DNA of 60,621 nt, from the NCBI GenBank assembly GCA_903958395.1, contig CAJBSZ010000346.1:1-60621 (forward strand), in the 5' to 3' direction. The notes beneath the pieces are model-generated. The model worked only from the letters and a program-made list of their open reading frames with translations, was not told the DNA's origin and did not search any database. This document shows positions 17,667 through 27,795 of this stretch, one piece after another. The stretch's first letter is position 1. The number at the start of each line of letters is the position of its first letter. The translations under genes were made by a program, and so were the position numbers. This stretch comes from an uncultured bacterium (GTDB lineage: Bacteria; Verrucomicrobiota; Kiritimatiellia; CAIKKV01; CAITUY01).

Positions 17667-17762
17667 TGTCAATTCTTGTTCTCCAACATCATTTATTTGC
17701 CAGGCACCTTGTTCGCCGAGATTTATGCCCAACGACTATTTTGCAATTTACAGTCCCGTTAG
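17667..17762 (-). promoter_or_regulatory. Conserved ~90-bp upstream element, copy 2
   Basis: Aligns with 11487..11578; lies just upstream of the RHS2 start. Confidence 0.5.
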
Positions 17763-17788
17763 GGTTTCCTCACTAAACTACGGACTTT

Positions 17789-18352
17789 TCACGGCACGAC
17801 TAGACCTGACCCTACTCCCCCAAGTTCGGCCGCACTAATTGTGTACCGGCAGGCCTTGACGCAAGCATTTGACACCAACCTCGGATCCTGCACCAAGAAA
17901 ATATCTGCGCCCGCAAAAATTACAAGGGCATCATCCACTTCTATGCTGCGGATTTGAGCGACACAGTTACTCGTAACGGCATGTCGAGCAAACTGCAGAG
18001 CCAAGCCCCGGCATGACTTGTCGGGAACATAATCTACGCTTGCCATAATCTGCAAAAAGACACGCCGATCATACCTAACGATATAGTCAACGTTACGAAT
18101 ATAGTAGTTCGTCTCACCAATTCGCCACTCGACGTTGCGGTCAACCGGAATGCGCACAGAGCTGGGCACTTTGTTGCAAGACACAATCAAACTAAAGATG
18201 GAGACAAGCCAGAGAACATTTCCAGCACTAGTGACAATCGTTGTCCAGACCCATTGTGAATGTGATCTAGGTTCCCAAAACAGATTCTTAAACCATCGTT
18301 GTGTTGTCATTTTGCCCCAAAGACATATTGGATTGATGTCTTCATTCTGCAT
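17789..18352 (-). CDS. Hypothetical membrane protein, candidate orphan immunity protein
   Basis: 187-aa ORF with one TM segment, lower GC than its flanks, located in the RHS locus just after a truncation breakpoint. Confidence 0.5.
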   Translation of the reverse strand: MQNEDINPICLWGKMTTQRWFKNLFWEPRSHSQWVWTTIVTSAGNVLWLVSIFSLIVSCNKVPSSVRIPVDRNVEWRIGETNYYIRNVDYIVRYDRRVFLQIMASVDYVPDKSCRGLALQFARHAVTSNCVAQIRSIEVDDALVIFAGADIFLVQDPRLVSNACVKACRYTISAAELGGVGSGLVVP

Positions 18353-18837
18353 CTCCGGTTATGGCGCGTGAAGGTCCGGCTCGTCACCCCGCCCCCGCCT
18401 GAAATCAGGTTGTTGAAAAGGTTTGAGGTGAAAACGGGCTCGTCCGGGGTGTTTGTCCCCGGGAACTCATAGAGATCCAGCAGCAGGGTGGCATTGCTAT
18501 GATCCACATAATCGAGCCGCATCAGGGCATTATTGGTGAGGAAGGACAGGTCCACGTCAATGTTGAGTGAGGATTCATTCGTGTCCCCCTCCTCCACCAC
18601 CCAGGCGGGAAGATTGGTATCCCAGGCGCCGCCGATCTTGAATGCCGACACCATCCAGGACGGCCACGGCGAAAACAGAACATCGTCATTGCTGACACAG
18701 GATGATTCGCCCCACGGAATCCAGGCATCGGTGACGGCATCACTGGAAAAACCTTCCGCCCTGGAGAGAGGAATGTAACTCAAGAGGAACAAGGGGAGTG
18801 TTGAGCAAATTAATCTCCAATTTTTCATGATCATCAC
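18307..18837 (-). pseudogene. Truncated paralog of the N-terminus of the 1847-aa protein
   Basis: AVTDAWIPWG..GGGGVTSRTFT is highly similar to residues ~31-153 of 5797..11340; DNA similarity ends abruptly near 18367. Confidence 0.8.
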
Positions 18838-19062
18838 TCAACAATGGTAAAAACTCGAGCCTTCATCCGCCGCCCTACAGACTACGGAAATAAGAGTCCT
18901 TTGATAGCGGAGAAACCGGGAGCATGCAAGCTTCATTGCTTAAGATAAGCTTTTTTTAACTGGCTTGACATCCGCGCCGGATTTCCCCACCTTTTGAGCT
19001 TTATTGAAGCAATCGGTCAGGTCTGATTTGTCCGGAAACCCAAGCATCACGAGGAAAAGCTA

Positions 19063-20430
19063 ATGACACCATCGTCCGCGCCCATCGTCCCGAAAGAGAA
19101 CCGTCTCGCGTTCATTCTCATCGCCTCGTGCTTCGGCTTGTGGGGTATGATGAACATGATCACGGACACGCTCGTTCCCGCCGTCCAGAAGATCTTCAGT
19201 ATTTCCACCGAACAATCCTCGTACATCCAGGTCGTCAACTACGCCTCGTATGCGTTGCTGGCCTTTCCCGCCTCCCTGCTGATCAAGCGGTTCAGCTATA
19301 AAACCGGCGTGCTGGTTGGCCTCTGCCTCCTGAGCGTCGGCGCCTTGGGATTTGTGCCCGCCGGCACCACCCAAGTGTTCTCCCCGCTCCTGCTCACCAT
19401 CGGCATTATGGCCTGCGGCCTCTCCGTGCTGGAGACCAGTTGCAACCCCTATGTGATCGCGATGGGCCCCGAAGAAACCGCCGTCCGCCGCCTCAACCTG
19501 GCCCAGACGATCAACCCCATCGGCTGTCTGCTCGGACTGTTCGTGGCCAAGTATCTCATCCTGAGCAACCTCAACCACGCCGAAGCCGCCGAGCGCGCCA
19601 CCTGGACCCTCGAGCAGAAAAGCAAGGTCCTGACGCATGAGCTGTTCTATCTCGCACTCCCCTACGCCATTCTGGTGGCGGTCGTCATCGGCATCATCGT
19701 CACATTGTTCATCCGCAAGATGCCCGAAGGCCGGGACACCGAGCACACCCCGCATGTGTGGGTCTCCATCAAGCGCCTTCTGGCCAACCGCCGTTATGCC
19801 TCGGGCGTGGTCACCCAATTCTTCTATGTCGGACTCCAGGTGGCCATCTGGACCTTCATCATCAAGTACACCCGCGAGGCGGCCATCTTCACCGTCAGCG
19901 CCGACGGAAAATCCATCATCCCCGGCATGATTGAAGCTGACGCCTGGTACAGCTTGATGATTTCCATGGTGGTCTTTACCCTGGGCCGCATGGTCTGCAC
20001 CGCGCTCATGAAGAAGATCAATCCCGCCTCCATGATGGCTACGCTGGCCGTCATCGGTATCGGGCTCACCATCGGCGCCATTCTCCTGCCCGGCTACGCA
20101 GGCGTCGCCAGCCTCATCCTCGTCTCCGCCTGCATGTCGCTGATGTTCCCTACCATCTACGGCATCGCCCTGCGCAACCTGGGCCCGGAAGTGAAGCTGG
20201 GCGCGTCCGGACTGATCATGGCCATTCTCGGCGGCTCCGCCGGCTCGTTCGCCCAGGGCAGGCTCATTGATGTCTTCCAGAACTCCGGCCTGCGTGCCGA
20301 TGTGGCCATCCGATATTCGTTCATCGTGCCCATCGTCTGCCTGGTGGTGGTGCTCATTTACGCGCTCAGCTACCGCCGCTTCTGCGCCACGGCGCCGGCG
20401 GGAAATGGCGGCCCCGTCGCCGGTCACTGA
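19063..20430 (+). CDS. fucP: L-fucose:H+ symporter family MFS permease
   Basis: FGLWG, SYKTGVLVGL, GLSVLETSCNPY, RRLNLAQTINPIG, MSLMFPTIY motifs. Confidence 0.85.
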   Translation: MTPSSAPIVPKENRLAFILIASCFGLWGMMNMITDTLVPAVQKIFSISTEQSSYIQVVNYASYALLAFPASLLIKRFSYKTGVLVGLCLLSVGALGFVPAGTTQVFSPLLLTIGIMACGLSVLETSCNPYVIAMGPEETAVRRLNLAQTINPIGCLLGLFVAKYLILSNLNHAEAAERATWTLEQKSKVLTHELFYLALPYAILVAVVIGIIVTLFIRKMPEGRDTEHTPHVWVSIKRLLANRRYASGVVTQFFYVGLQVAIWTFIIKYTREAAIFTVSADGKSIIPGMIEADAWYSLMISMVVFTLGRMVCTALMKKINPASMMATLAVIGIGLTIGAILLPGYAGVASLILVSACMSLMFPTIYGIALRNLGPEVKLGASGLIMAILGGSAGSFAQGRLIDVFQNSGLRADVAIRYSFIVPIVCLVVVLIYALSYRRFCATAPAGNGGPVAGH

Positions 20431-20468
20431 CCGACGTAGAGCCCTTATGACCACAAGGTCCCCGTGGC

Positions 20469-20789
20469 CTATTCCACAATCGTCGGGACCATGATCAGGT
20501 CGGCGCTGTGTTGGGGAGCATTCTTCAGCATGACGTCACGGTCGAGGCCGGGACGCACGATATCCTCACGAAAGACGTTGTGAATCGGAGCGGCATGGGC
20601 CATGGGCTCAACCCCCTCGACGTCCAAATCCCGGAGCTGGTTGAAATGGGCCACAATGTGATCCAACTGCCCCTGGAATTCGGCCGCTTCCGAATCTGTA
20701 ATGGCCAGGCGCGCCAGGTTGGCGACATACCGGACATCCATCTGCTTGGCTGTATTGGTTTTATCCTGACTCACAACAGTCTCCCCCAC
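20469..20789 (-). CDS. gatC: Asp/Glu-tRNA amidotransferase subunit C
   Basis: VRYVANLARL..LDVEGVEPM..NVFRED..KNAP; the true start may be later. Confidence 0.9.
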   Translation of the reverse strand: MGETVVSQDKTNTAKQMDVRYVANLARLAITDSEAAEFQGQLDHIVAHFNQLRDLDVEGVEPMAHAAPIHNVFREDIVRPGLDRDVMLKNAPQHSADLIMVPTIVE

Positions 20790-20799
20790 CCCTGTAGCC

Positions 20800-21231
20800 T
20801 CAGCAGGGCGTTACGCCCTTTTTAAGAATGATATTGCCGTACTTAGCCGTCTCGCTGGTCATCACCACAGCGAAAGCATCCTTGGCCCTGTCATAGAAGG
20901 CAAATCGATCAATCCGGGCAATGGCCGGCGTCTTCGGGGCATGCCGGTCAACCGAGGCGCGATAACCCTTCTCCACCTTGGGATCAAGTTTATCCCCCGA
21001 AACAGCCGCCATCATGACCAGGGGAGAATCCACATAACTATCTAACTCGAACACAGGCAAAATGGCATCAATCAGGTCTGCCACTTTCAAACCATCCGCC
21101 CGGATGACGCGCTTACCGAATGTTTCACCGGGGAAATGAGCATCGGCCAGGACAATTTCATCACCATGCCCCATACGGCACAGCACGGAGAGCAATTCGG
21201 GACTCAACAACGGTGACAAGCCTTTTAACAT
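20800..21231 (-). CDS. fucU: L-fucose mutarotase (RbsD/FucU family)
   Basis: [47 protein letters not shown]. Confidence 0.92.
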   Translation of the reverse strand: MLKGLSPLLSPELLSVLCRMGHGDEIVLADAHFPGETFGKRVIRADGLKVADLIDAILPVFELDSYVDSPLVMMAAVSGDKLDPKVEKGYRASVDRHAPKTPAIARIDRFAFYDRAKDAFAVVMTSETAKYGNIILKKGVTPC

Positions 21232-21299
21232 GATGATTCTCCTTCGGAATTAAAAAGTTCGGGTTTTATAAACTGATCCCGATCCCTAATCAATGGTAA

Positions 21300-22073
21300 T
21301 CAGACGGTCAATTTCAGGCCGTCGCAGGCAAGATAAACCGAGGGCGGCAGGATTTCCTGAGTTTCCTCATGATCCAGGTCGTGACAGATATGGGTCAGAT
21401 AGGATCGTTTGGCGCCAATGCGTCCCAACAAATCCAACGCCGCCTTGACCGTCAGATGGGTGGGATGGTTGCGATGCCGCAGACCGTCCAGAATCATCAC
21501 ATCCACCCCCGCCAATCGCTCTACGGTCGAGTCGGGCATCTCTTTGCAATCCGGCACATAACCAATCGAGTGCCCCTCCCATTCGAGGCGGTACCCATAG
21601 GTTTCAGTCCGCCCATGGAGAACCGGTAGGGCTTCAACCTTGACTGGCCCCGCCATGAAGACGCCAGCCATTGTGCAAAAGGTAAGTCTCGGACGGAACA
21701 CCCCGGGCTCTGGGACAGTCTGGTCGACATAGGTAAAGATCCGCTTCAAATCGGCAATAGCGCCTGCAGATCCATAAACGGGAATCATGGTGCCCTGAAT
21801 GGTGTTGAACCGGCGGATGTCATCAAGTCCGAAAATATGGTCGGCATGGGAATGGGTAATCAGAACGGCATCAATCCGGGGAACCCGGTAGGCCAGAACC
21901 TGCTCCCGAAAATCCATGGAGGTATCAATGACGATATGGAATCCACCCGCCTCAACATAAATGCTGGATCGCCGCCTGTGATTGCGGGAATCCGGGGACT
22001 GGCAAACGGTGCAGTCGCACCCGATCACCGGGATTCCCACTGAAGTTCCTGTGCCTAAAAATGTAACCTTCAT
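21300..22073 (-). CDS. MBL-fold metallo-hydrolase (PhnP-like phosphodiesterase)
   Basis: MKVTFLGTGTSVGIPVIGCDCTVC, THSHADHIFGLDD, HPTH, THICH. Confidence 0.88.
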   Translation of the reverse strand: MKVTFLGTGTSVGIPVIGCDCTVCQSPDSRNHRRRSSIYVEAGGFHIVIDTSMDFREQVLAYRVPRIDAVLITHSHADHIFGLDDIRRFNTIQGTMIPVYGSAGAIADLKRIFTYVDQTVPEPGVFRPRLTFCTMAGVFMAGPVKVEALPVLHGRTETYGYRLEWEGHSIGYVPDCKEMPDSTVERLAGVDVMILDGLRHRNHPTHLTVKAALDLLGRIGAKRSYLTHICHDLDHEETQEILPPSVYLACDGLKLTV

Positions 22074-22122
22074 ACACCCGCATGGAACCACACCCGGTTC
22101 AGGGTTGTCAATGGACACTCAG

Positions 22123-22160
22123 AAAAAAGAAACCCCGGCATGTTTCCATACCGGGGGGGT
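22123..22160 (-). terminator. Rho-independent terminator after hppA
   Basis: CCCCGG..CCGGGG stem followed by a T-rich tract on the minus strand. Confidence 0.7.
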
Positions 22161-22178
22161 GCAAGAATCAGAGGCCTA

Positions 22179-24719
22179 TTATTTCGCGGTCGCCTTGTCC
22201 TCGGGGATGCGCATGCAGTAGAAGGAGCGGTACACGAAGACCAGGGCAACCACAAAGATCACGCCGCCGATCATGTACTTCAGCTTCGCATCTGTCATCG
22301 CCACAGCGATTTCCGTCGCCAGCAGGCCGAAGAGGGTGGTGAACTTGATAACCGGGTTCATCGCCACCGAGGAGGTATCCTTGAAGGGATCACCCACGGT
22401 ATCGCCCACCACGGTCGCCGCGTGAAGATCCGTGCCCTTGGCACGCAGATCCACCTCGACGATCTTCTTGGCATTGTCCCAGGCGCCGCCGGCGTTAGCC
22501 ATAAAGATGGCCTGGTACAGCCCGAAGAAGGCGATGGAGATCAGGTAGCCGATGAAGAAGAACGGGTTGAAGAAGGCCAGCGACAGGGCGAAGCAGAAAA
22601 CGGCCACAAAGATGTTGAACATCCCCTTCTGCGCGTAGATCGTGCAGATCTTGACCACTTCCTTGCTGTCCTTGATCGAGGCCGTCGCCGCGTTCAGGTT
22701 CATGTTCTCCTTAATGTACACCACAGCCCGGTAGGATCCGGTCACCACCGCCTGCGTCGCCGCACCCGTGAACCAGTAGATCACCGCGCCGCCCATGAGA
22801 AGACCGAGGATGATCTCGGGACGTACCAGACTGAGACTGGAGATGACGGAATTGATGCCCGCCGTGGTCTGTTCACCTGTAAGGTGCGCCGTCGCAACAT
22901 CAAACGCGAGGCCCGCCTTGATTGCCGCCTCCTGTGCCAATTCCAGCGCCTTGCCCTTGCCCAGCATCAGGATGATGCCAAAGATCATGGTGGTCGCCCC
23001 AACAACGGCGGTACCGATCAGCACCGGCTTGGCTGTCGCCTTAAAGGTATTGCCAGCGCCGTCATTGCGCTCCAGGTTAAGCTTGGCGTTCTCGAAGTCG
23101 GGCTTGAACCCGAAATCCTTTTCGATCTCCTTCTCAATGCCGGGGATCGACTCAATTCGGCTGAGCTCGTACACCGACTGGGCGTTGTCCGAGACCGGCC
23201 CGAAACTGTCGACCGCAATGGTCACCGGGCCCATGCCCAGAAAACCGAACGCCACAAGACCGAACGCAAAGATCGGCGCGGCAAACTCAAGCCCCACCGG
23301 CATCAGGCTGGCAACCGCCGGGTGTGTGGCCAGTAAAGCGGCACCCAACATCAGCACCAGCATGGTCAGGCCTTCCCAGAAGGCCGAGAAATTACCCGCC
23401 ACAAAACCGGACAGGATGTTCAGGGAAGCGCCGCCCTGCTTGGAGGCGGTCACGACTTCCTTCACATGCTTGGCGTTCGTGCTGGTGAAAACCTTGGTGA
23501 ACTCGGGAATCAGCGCCCCGGCAATGGTGCCGCAGGAGATGATGGTGGCCAATACCCACCACAGGTCCTTGCTCAGGTCGGGATTGGTCGCAAGCAGGAA
23601 GTAGCTGGCGACATAGGTGACCGCGATGCAGACGAAAGAGGTCAGCCACACCAGAACCGTCAACGGATGCTCCGGGTCAAACTCCTTGGCGTTTTTAAGC
23701 TTGGCGGTGAAGTACGCATCGTTTGCGAGATACGCCACCAACGCGGCAATGATCATCAAAATACGCATGACGAAGATCCAGACGATCATCTGGGCGCAGA
23801 GGGTGCCTGACCCGAGAACGAGCGCCAGGAAGGTGATCAGGGCCACGCCAGTCACGCCATAGGTTTCGAAGCCGTCAGCCGTCGGGCCCACGCTGTCGCC
23901 GGCATTATCACCCGTACAGTCGGCGATCACGCCGGGATTCTTCGGATCATCTTCCGGAAGCTTGAAGACGATCTTCATCAGGTCGGACCCGATGTCGGCG
24001 ATCTTGGTGAAGATACCGCCGCAGATACGGAGGGCGGAGGCGCCCAGCGACTCCCCGATGGCGAACCCGATAAAGCAGGGGCCGCGCAGTTCGGCGGGCA
24101 GAAAAATCAGGATGCAGATCATGAAGAACAGCTCAACCGTGATCAGCAACATGCCGACGCTCATGCCCGAGCGCATCGGGATGGCCAAAGCCTCCCAGGG
24201 GGTTCCGCGCAGAGAGGCGAATGCCGAACGACTATTCGCGAATGTATTGATGCGCATACCGAACCAAGCCACACCATAAGAACCCAGGATCCCGAGCACC
24301 GAGGCGGCCAGAATCAACAGGACGCTCGTAGTGGGCATCTTCTGAAGGATCCAGAAGTAATACACCATACAGGCCCCGATCAGCAGCCACAGGATGGCCA
24401 GGAACTTGCCCTGCTGAGCCAGATAGCTCTTGCAGGTCTCCCAGATGATCTGGGAGACATCGCTCATGGATTTATGAACCGGGAGCTTCTCCGTCTTGAA
24501 ATACTGAATCAAGCCGAAGCCCAAACCCAGAAAACAGACGGCGATACCGATCAGCATCAGGTGCGTCCCTGAAATGCCGCCGAGGGACGAAAAGGTTACC
24601 GCGCCCAACTCAGGAAGCTTCAGCTCGGCCTCACTCGCCATGGCAGCACCAGCCCCAAAGCCCAGAACAGCCAACACCACAAACACACCCAACCAACACC
24701 GTGACCGCATACTCTTCAT
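22179..24719 (-). CDS. hppA: Membrane-bound H+-translocating pyrophosphatase, K+-independent signature
   Basis: GGIFTKIADIGSDL, EDDPKNPGVIADCTGDNAGD, GNTFKA, NAGGAWDNAKK, GDTVGDPFKDTS. Confidence 0.93.
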   Translation of the reverse strand: MKSMRSRCWLGVFVVLAVLGFGAGAAMASEAELKLPELGAVTFSSLGGISGTHLMLIGIAVCFLGLGFGLIQYFKTEKLPVHKSMSDVSQIIWETCKSYLAQQGKFLAILWLLIGACMVYYFWILQKMPTTSVLLILAASVLGILGSYGVAWFGMRINTFANSRSAFASLRGTPWEALAIPMRSGMSVGMLLITVELFFMICILIFLPAELRGPCFIGFAIGESLGASALRICGGIFTKIADIGSDLMKIVFKLPEDDPKNPGVIADCTGDNAGDSVGPTADGFETYGVTGVALITFLALVLGSGTLCAQMIVWIFVMRILMIIAALVAYLANDAYFTAKLKNAKEFDPEHPLTVLVWLTSFVCIAVTYVASYFLLATNPDLSKDLWWVLATIISCGTIAGALIPEFTKVFTSTNAKHVKEVVTASKQGGASLNILSGFVAGNFSAFWEGLTMLVLMLGAALLATHPAVASLMPVGLEFAAPIFAFGLVAFGFLGMGPVTIAVDSFGPVSDNAQSVYELSRIESIPGIEKEIEKDFGFKPDFENAKLNLERNDGAGNTFKATAKPVLIGTAVVGATTMIFGIILMLGKGKALELAQEAAIKAGLAFDVATAHLTGEQTTAGINSVISSLSLVRPEIILGLLMGGAVIYWFTGAATQAVVTGSYRAVVYIKENMNLNAATASIKDSKEVVKICTIYAQKGMFNIFVAVFCFALSLAFFNPFFFIGYLISIAFFGLYQAIFMANAGGAWDNAKKIVEVDLRAKGTDLHAATVVGDTVGDPFKDTSSVAMNPVIKFTTLFGLLATEIAVAMTDAKLKYMIGGVIFVVALVFVYRSFYCMRIPEDKATAK

Positions 24720-24855
24720 AACATCGCCCAACCTTTCTCTGCTCTTTTATCTGTTCAGATTCAACCGTTGAAAATGCAAATCAAAAACGGGGTCGTAAAC
24801 TACCTACCTCCTCTCCATAACGCAAGAAGAATGGTTTTTTATGCGGCGGGGGAAT

Positions 24856-26118
24856 TCACCGATATTGTTTGATCGTTTCAAACATCGCCAGGAGATTCTC
24901 AATTGGCGTGCAGGCCTGTACGTTATGGATCGTGCAGAAGACGAAGCCGCCGCCCGGGGCAAAGATTTCAATCCGTTCCTTGACCTGCTCCCGGACCTGA
25001 GCAGGTGTACCAAACGGAAGCGTCTTCTGGGTGTCTACCCCGCCGCCCCAGAATACCAGCTTATCGCCATACTGCTTTTTAAGCAGACGGGGATCCATCC
25101 CGCTGGCAGAGCATTGAACCGGATTGAGAATATCAAATTCAGCCTCCACAATTCCATCCAGCAGTGGAAGCACTCCGCCACAGCAATGCATGAAGGTTTT
25201 CCAGTTCGTGTGGGTATGAATCCAGCCGTTCACCCGCTTCTGGTAAGGCAGAAATAGATCACGATACTGCTCGAGCGAGCAGAATGGCCCATTCTGGGTA
25301 CCGAAGTCGGTGCCATTGGTCTGGATCACGGAAATCTTGTCGCCCACCGCCTCATGCAGGCGCTTCAAGTTTTCAACGGCGACTTCTGCCTGCCGCTCAA
25401 AGACCGCCTTGATGTAGTCGGGGCGAAGGGCCGTACTGACATACCACTCCTCAACATCACGGATCCCCTTTGGATTTTTCAGGAAGGTGGCGGGAACCAG
25501 AGCCACATCCCCAAAAGTAAGCCCGCCAAACGTGCAAAACAAGGCTCGTTCGGTTTTCTTAAAAAGCACCTCGGCCTGCCGCGCATAATGCACGAGCTCA
25601 TCGCCGGCAACCGGCCCGAATTCTTCCATGTTATCGACAGGATCAAGCCGCTCCTCGTCCAGCGGAGGTTGGCGGTTTAAGGCGTCAAAGAAGTACCCGC
25701 CCGCCGGCATCTTGCCGCTCGGCGCCACGGAGCGGTCGTTCTGCGGCCACTGGAGAATCTCACCGCCGGCATCTGGAGAAGTATTGAAATCCACCGGCAC
25801 AAGGACTGGGGTCCCGTCATGCATCCGCCATTCCTTGAATTCCTTTGCCGGGAAACCGAACATCGTCCCGGTTCCGCAGAGCGACACGGTGTCGATCCCG
25901 AGCGCATCGCGCAAATCCGGCGCGATCTCGCCCAACATCTGGTAAATCTCGACCACCTTTACCGGCGTACCGGGCGTGTCGAGTCCCAGCGCCTGACGCA
26001 GCTTGTAGACCATACTGACATGGATGCCGGTCTGAAAACCGCCCCCGAAATCAACCGCCAGTTTGTCGGGCTGCTTGTGGTTGCAGGTTGCTTCAATGCG
26101 TTCGCGTGAGGTCATCAT
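24856..26118 (-). CDS. Uroporphyrinogen decarboxylase / MtaA-like methyltransferase family protein
   Basis: MTSRER N-terminus; GTDFGTQ, FMHCCG, DILNPVQ, FWGGGVDTQ, PGGGFVFCTIHN. Confidence 0.85.
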   Translation of the reverse strand: MMTSRERIEATCNHKQPDKLAVDFGGGFQTGIHVSMVYKLRQALGLDTPGTPVKVVEIYQMLGEIAPDLRDALGIDTVSLCGTGTMFGFPAKEFKEWRMHDGTPVLVPVDFNTSPDAGGEILQWPQNDRSVAPSGKMPAGGYFFDALNRQPPLDEERLDPVDNMEEFGPVAGDELVHYARQAEVLFKKTERALFCTFGGLTFGDVALVPATFLKNPKGIRDVEEWYVSTALRPDYIKAVFERQAEVAVENLKRLHEAVGDKISVIQTNGTDFGTQNGPFCSLEQYRDLFLPYQKRVNGWIHTHTNWKTFMHCCGGVLPLLDGIVEAEFDILNPVQCSASGMDPRLLKKQYGDKLVFWGGGVDTQKTLPFGTPAQVREQVKERIEIFAPGGGFVFCTIHNVQACTPIENLLAMFETIKQYR

Positions 26119-27545
26119 CAGTCCACCAACTCCCTTTCTATCTGCTCCAACGACTTACCCTTGGTCTCCGGAACCTTTACCCAGACGAAGAAAAAGCCGG
26201 CAAAACAGATTGCCCCGTATAGCCAGAAGGTCTTCGCGGTGCCAATGGCCCCGTTGAGGATCGGAAAGGTATAAGTCAGAATAAAACAGGCAATCCACAA
26301 AGCCGAAACGGCCACGGAAATCGCCGCGCCGCGGATGCGATTGGGGAAAATTTCTGAAATCAGAACCCAGGTGATCGGGGCCAGGGACATCCCATAGCAG
26401 CCCAGCGAGCAAAGGGTAAATATCAGGACAGCGAGCCCCTTCAGTTGGAACACATAAGCGGCCCCGATGAGAAAATGAGACAACCCGATTCCCGCGCACC
26501 CGATCAGCATCAATACCCGACGCCCGGCCTTATCCACCAGGCCGATGGCCAACAGCGTGAACACCAGGTTGATGGCCCCGGTAATAACAATGTTGAACAT
26601 GATGTCATTGACCCCATAACCTGCGGAACGGTAGATTTCCTCGGCATAATTGAACAGCACATTGATCCCGCTCCACTGTTGAAGCACCGCCAGGACAACC
26701 CCCACCAGTAGAATTTTGCGCATCTTGGGCACCATCAAATCACTGAAACGCACATGATGCACCTCTTCCGTGGCAATGGTTTTCTGGATGTCGGCCACTT
26801 CCACATCCGCATAGGACTGACCCCCGATCTTCGCCAATATCCGGCGAGCGAGTTCTGACTTGCCGTTCTTGATCAGCCAGCGGGGACTCTCGGGCACCAG
26901 CAGCGCCCCGATGAAAAAGAACAGCGAGGGGGCTGTCACCGCCGTGAACATCCAGCGCCAGCCGTATTGACCATTCCACGAGTCACGAATCATATCGGCC
27001 GTCGCCCCATCCGCCACCTTGTCGGCAATTAAAAGGTTCGCAATCTGGGCACCCAGGATACCGAATACGATGGTCAACTGGTTGATGGCAACAAGCCGTC
27101 CCCTCATATGGGCCGGCGCCACTTCCGCGATATACATGGGCGAAAGATTCGACGCCATGCCTATGGCCACCCCTCCCACAATACGCCATGCCACAAAGGT
27201 ATTGAACGAGCCAGCCCAGCCCGTAAGGATGGATGACGCCGCAAACAGGAAGGCTGAAACAAGAAGCAGCTTTTTGCGCCCGAACTTGTCGCTCAAGGCG
27301 CCGGAGACCAGCGAACCGACCAAACAACCCAGCAAGGCACAGCTGTTGGCCCATCCAATTTGAGCTTCACTGGTGAGGTTGAAAAACTTTTCAAAAAACG
27401 GTTTCGCTCCACCGATAACCACCCAATCATAACCAAACAGCAACCCCCCCATGGCCGCCACAAGGGAGATCATCCAGACATAGGCAAGGTTATAGTTCGA
27501 CTTCATCCCCGGCACGGTTGATTCAACAGGCGCGACTGGTATCAT
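26118..27545 (-). CDS. Sugar porter family MFS transporter (XylE/AraE-like)
   Basis: GGLLFGYD, DKFGRK, PMYIAE, PESPRWL, QQWSGIN, SEIFP, PETKGKSLE. Confidence 0.92.
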   Translation of the reverse strand: MIPVAPVESTVPGMKSNYNLAYVWMISLVAAMGGLLFGYDWVVIGGAKPFFEKFFNLTSEAQIGWANSCALLGCLVGSLVSGALSDKFGRKKLLLVSAFLFAASSILTGWAGSFNTFVAWRIVGGVAIGMASNLSPMYIAEVAPAHMRGRLVAINQLTIVFGILGAQIANLLIADKVADGATADMIRDSWNGQYGWRWMFTAVTAPSLFFFIGALLVPESPRWLIKNGKSELARRILAKIGGQSYADVEVADIQKTIATEEVHHVRFSDLMVPKMRKILLVGVVLAVLQQWSGINVLFNYAEEIYRSAGYGVNDIMFNIVITGAINLVFTLLAIGLVDKAGRRVLMLIGCAGIGLSHFLIGAAYVFQLKGLAVLIFTLCSLGCYGMSLAPITWVLISEIFPNRIRGAAISVAVSALWIACFILTYTFPILNGAIGTAKTFWLYGAICFAGFFFVWVKVPETKGKSLEQIERELVD

Positions 27546-27795
27546 GGATCAGGTCCCTTTCCGGCATGGTTCACAAACACACTTCAGAACATGCATAAAC
27601 GCGTAATATAATCAATCCCCCGCATCGGCGGAATAGATAATCCTCCGAAAATGATGGACGATTATCTTATGACGATCCTACGGCGGGGAAGGATATACAA
27701 GACGCTGAAGCCGGAAGCGCCGAAAAAAGGATACCGCAGGCTCAAGTCAGATTCTGGAGTGTTTAGGCGCCGGCCGACGCGTGTGGAGACTCTCT

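Noticed and set aside
17643-17732. ORF-track TTG start of RHS2
   Set aside because: It runs through the conserved non-coding element; the signal peptide begins at 17642
19060-20454. 464-aa minus-strand ORF
   Set aside because: Antisense mirror of fucP caused by high-GC codon bias
22140-23604. 398-aa and 269-aa plus-strand ORFs
   Set aside because: Antisense to hppA, with no recognisable motifs
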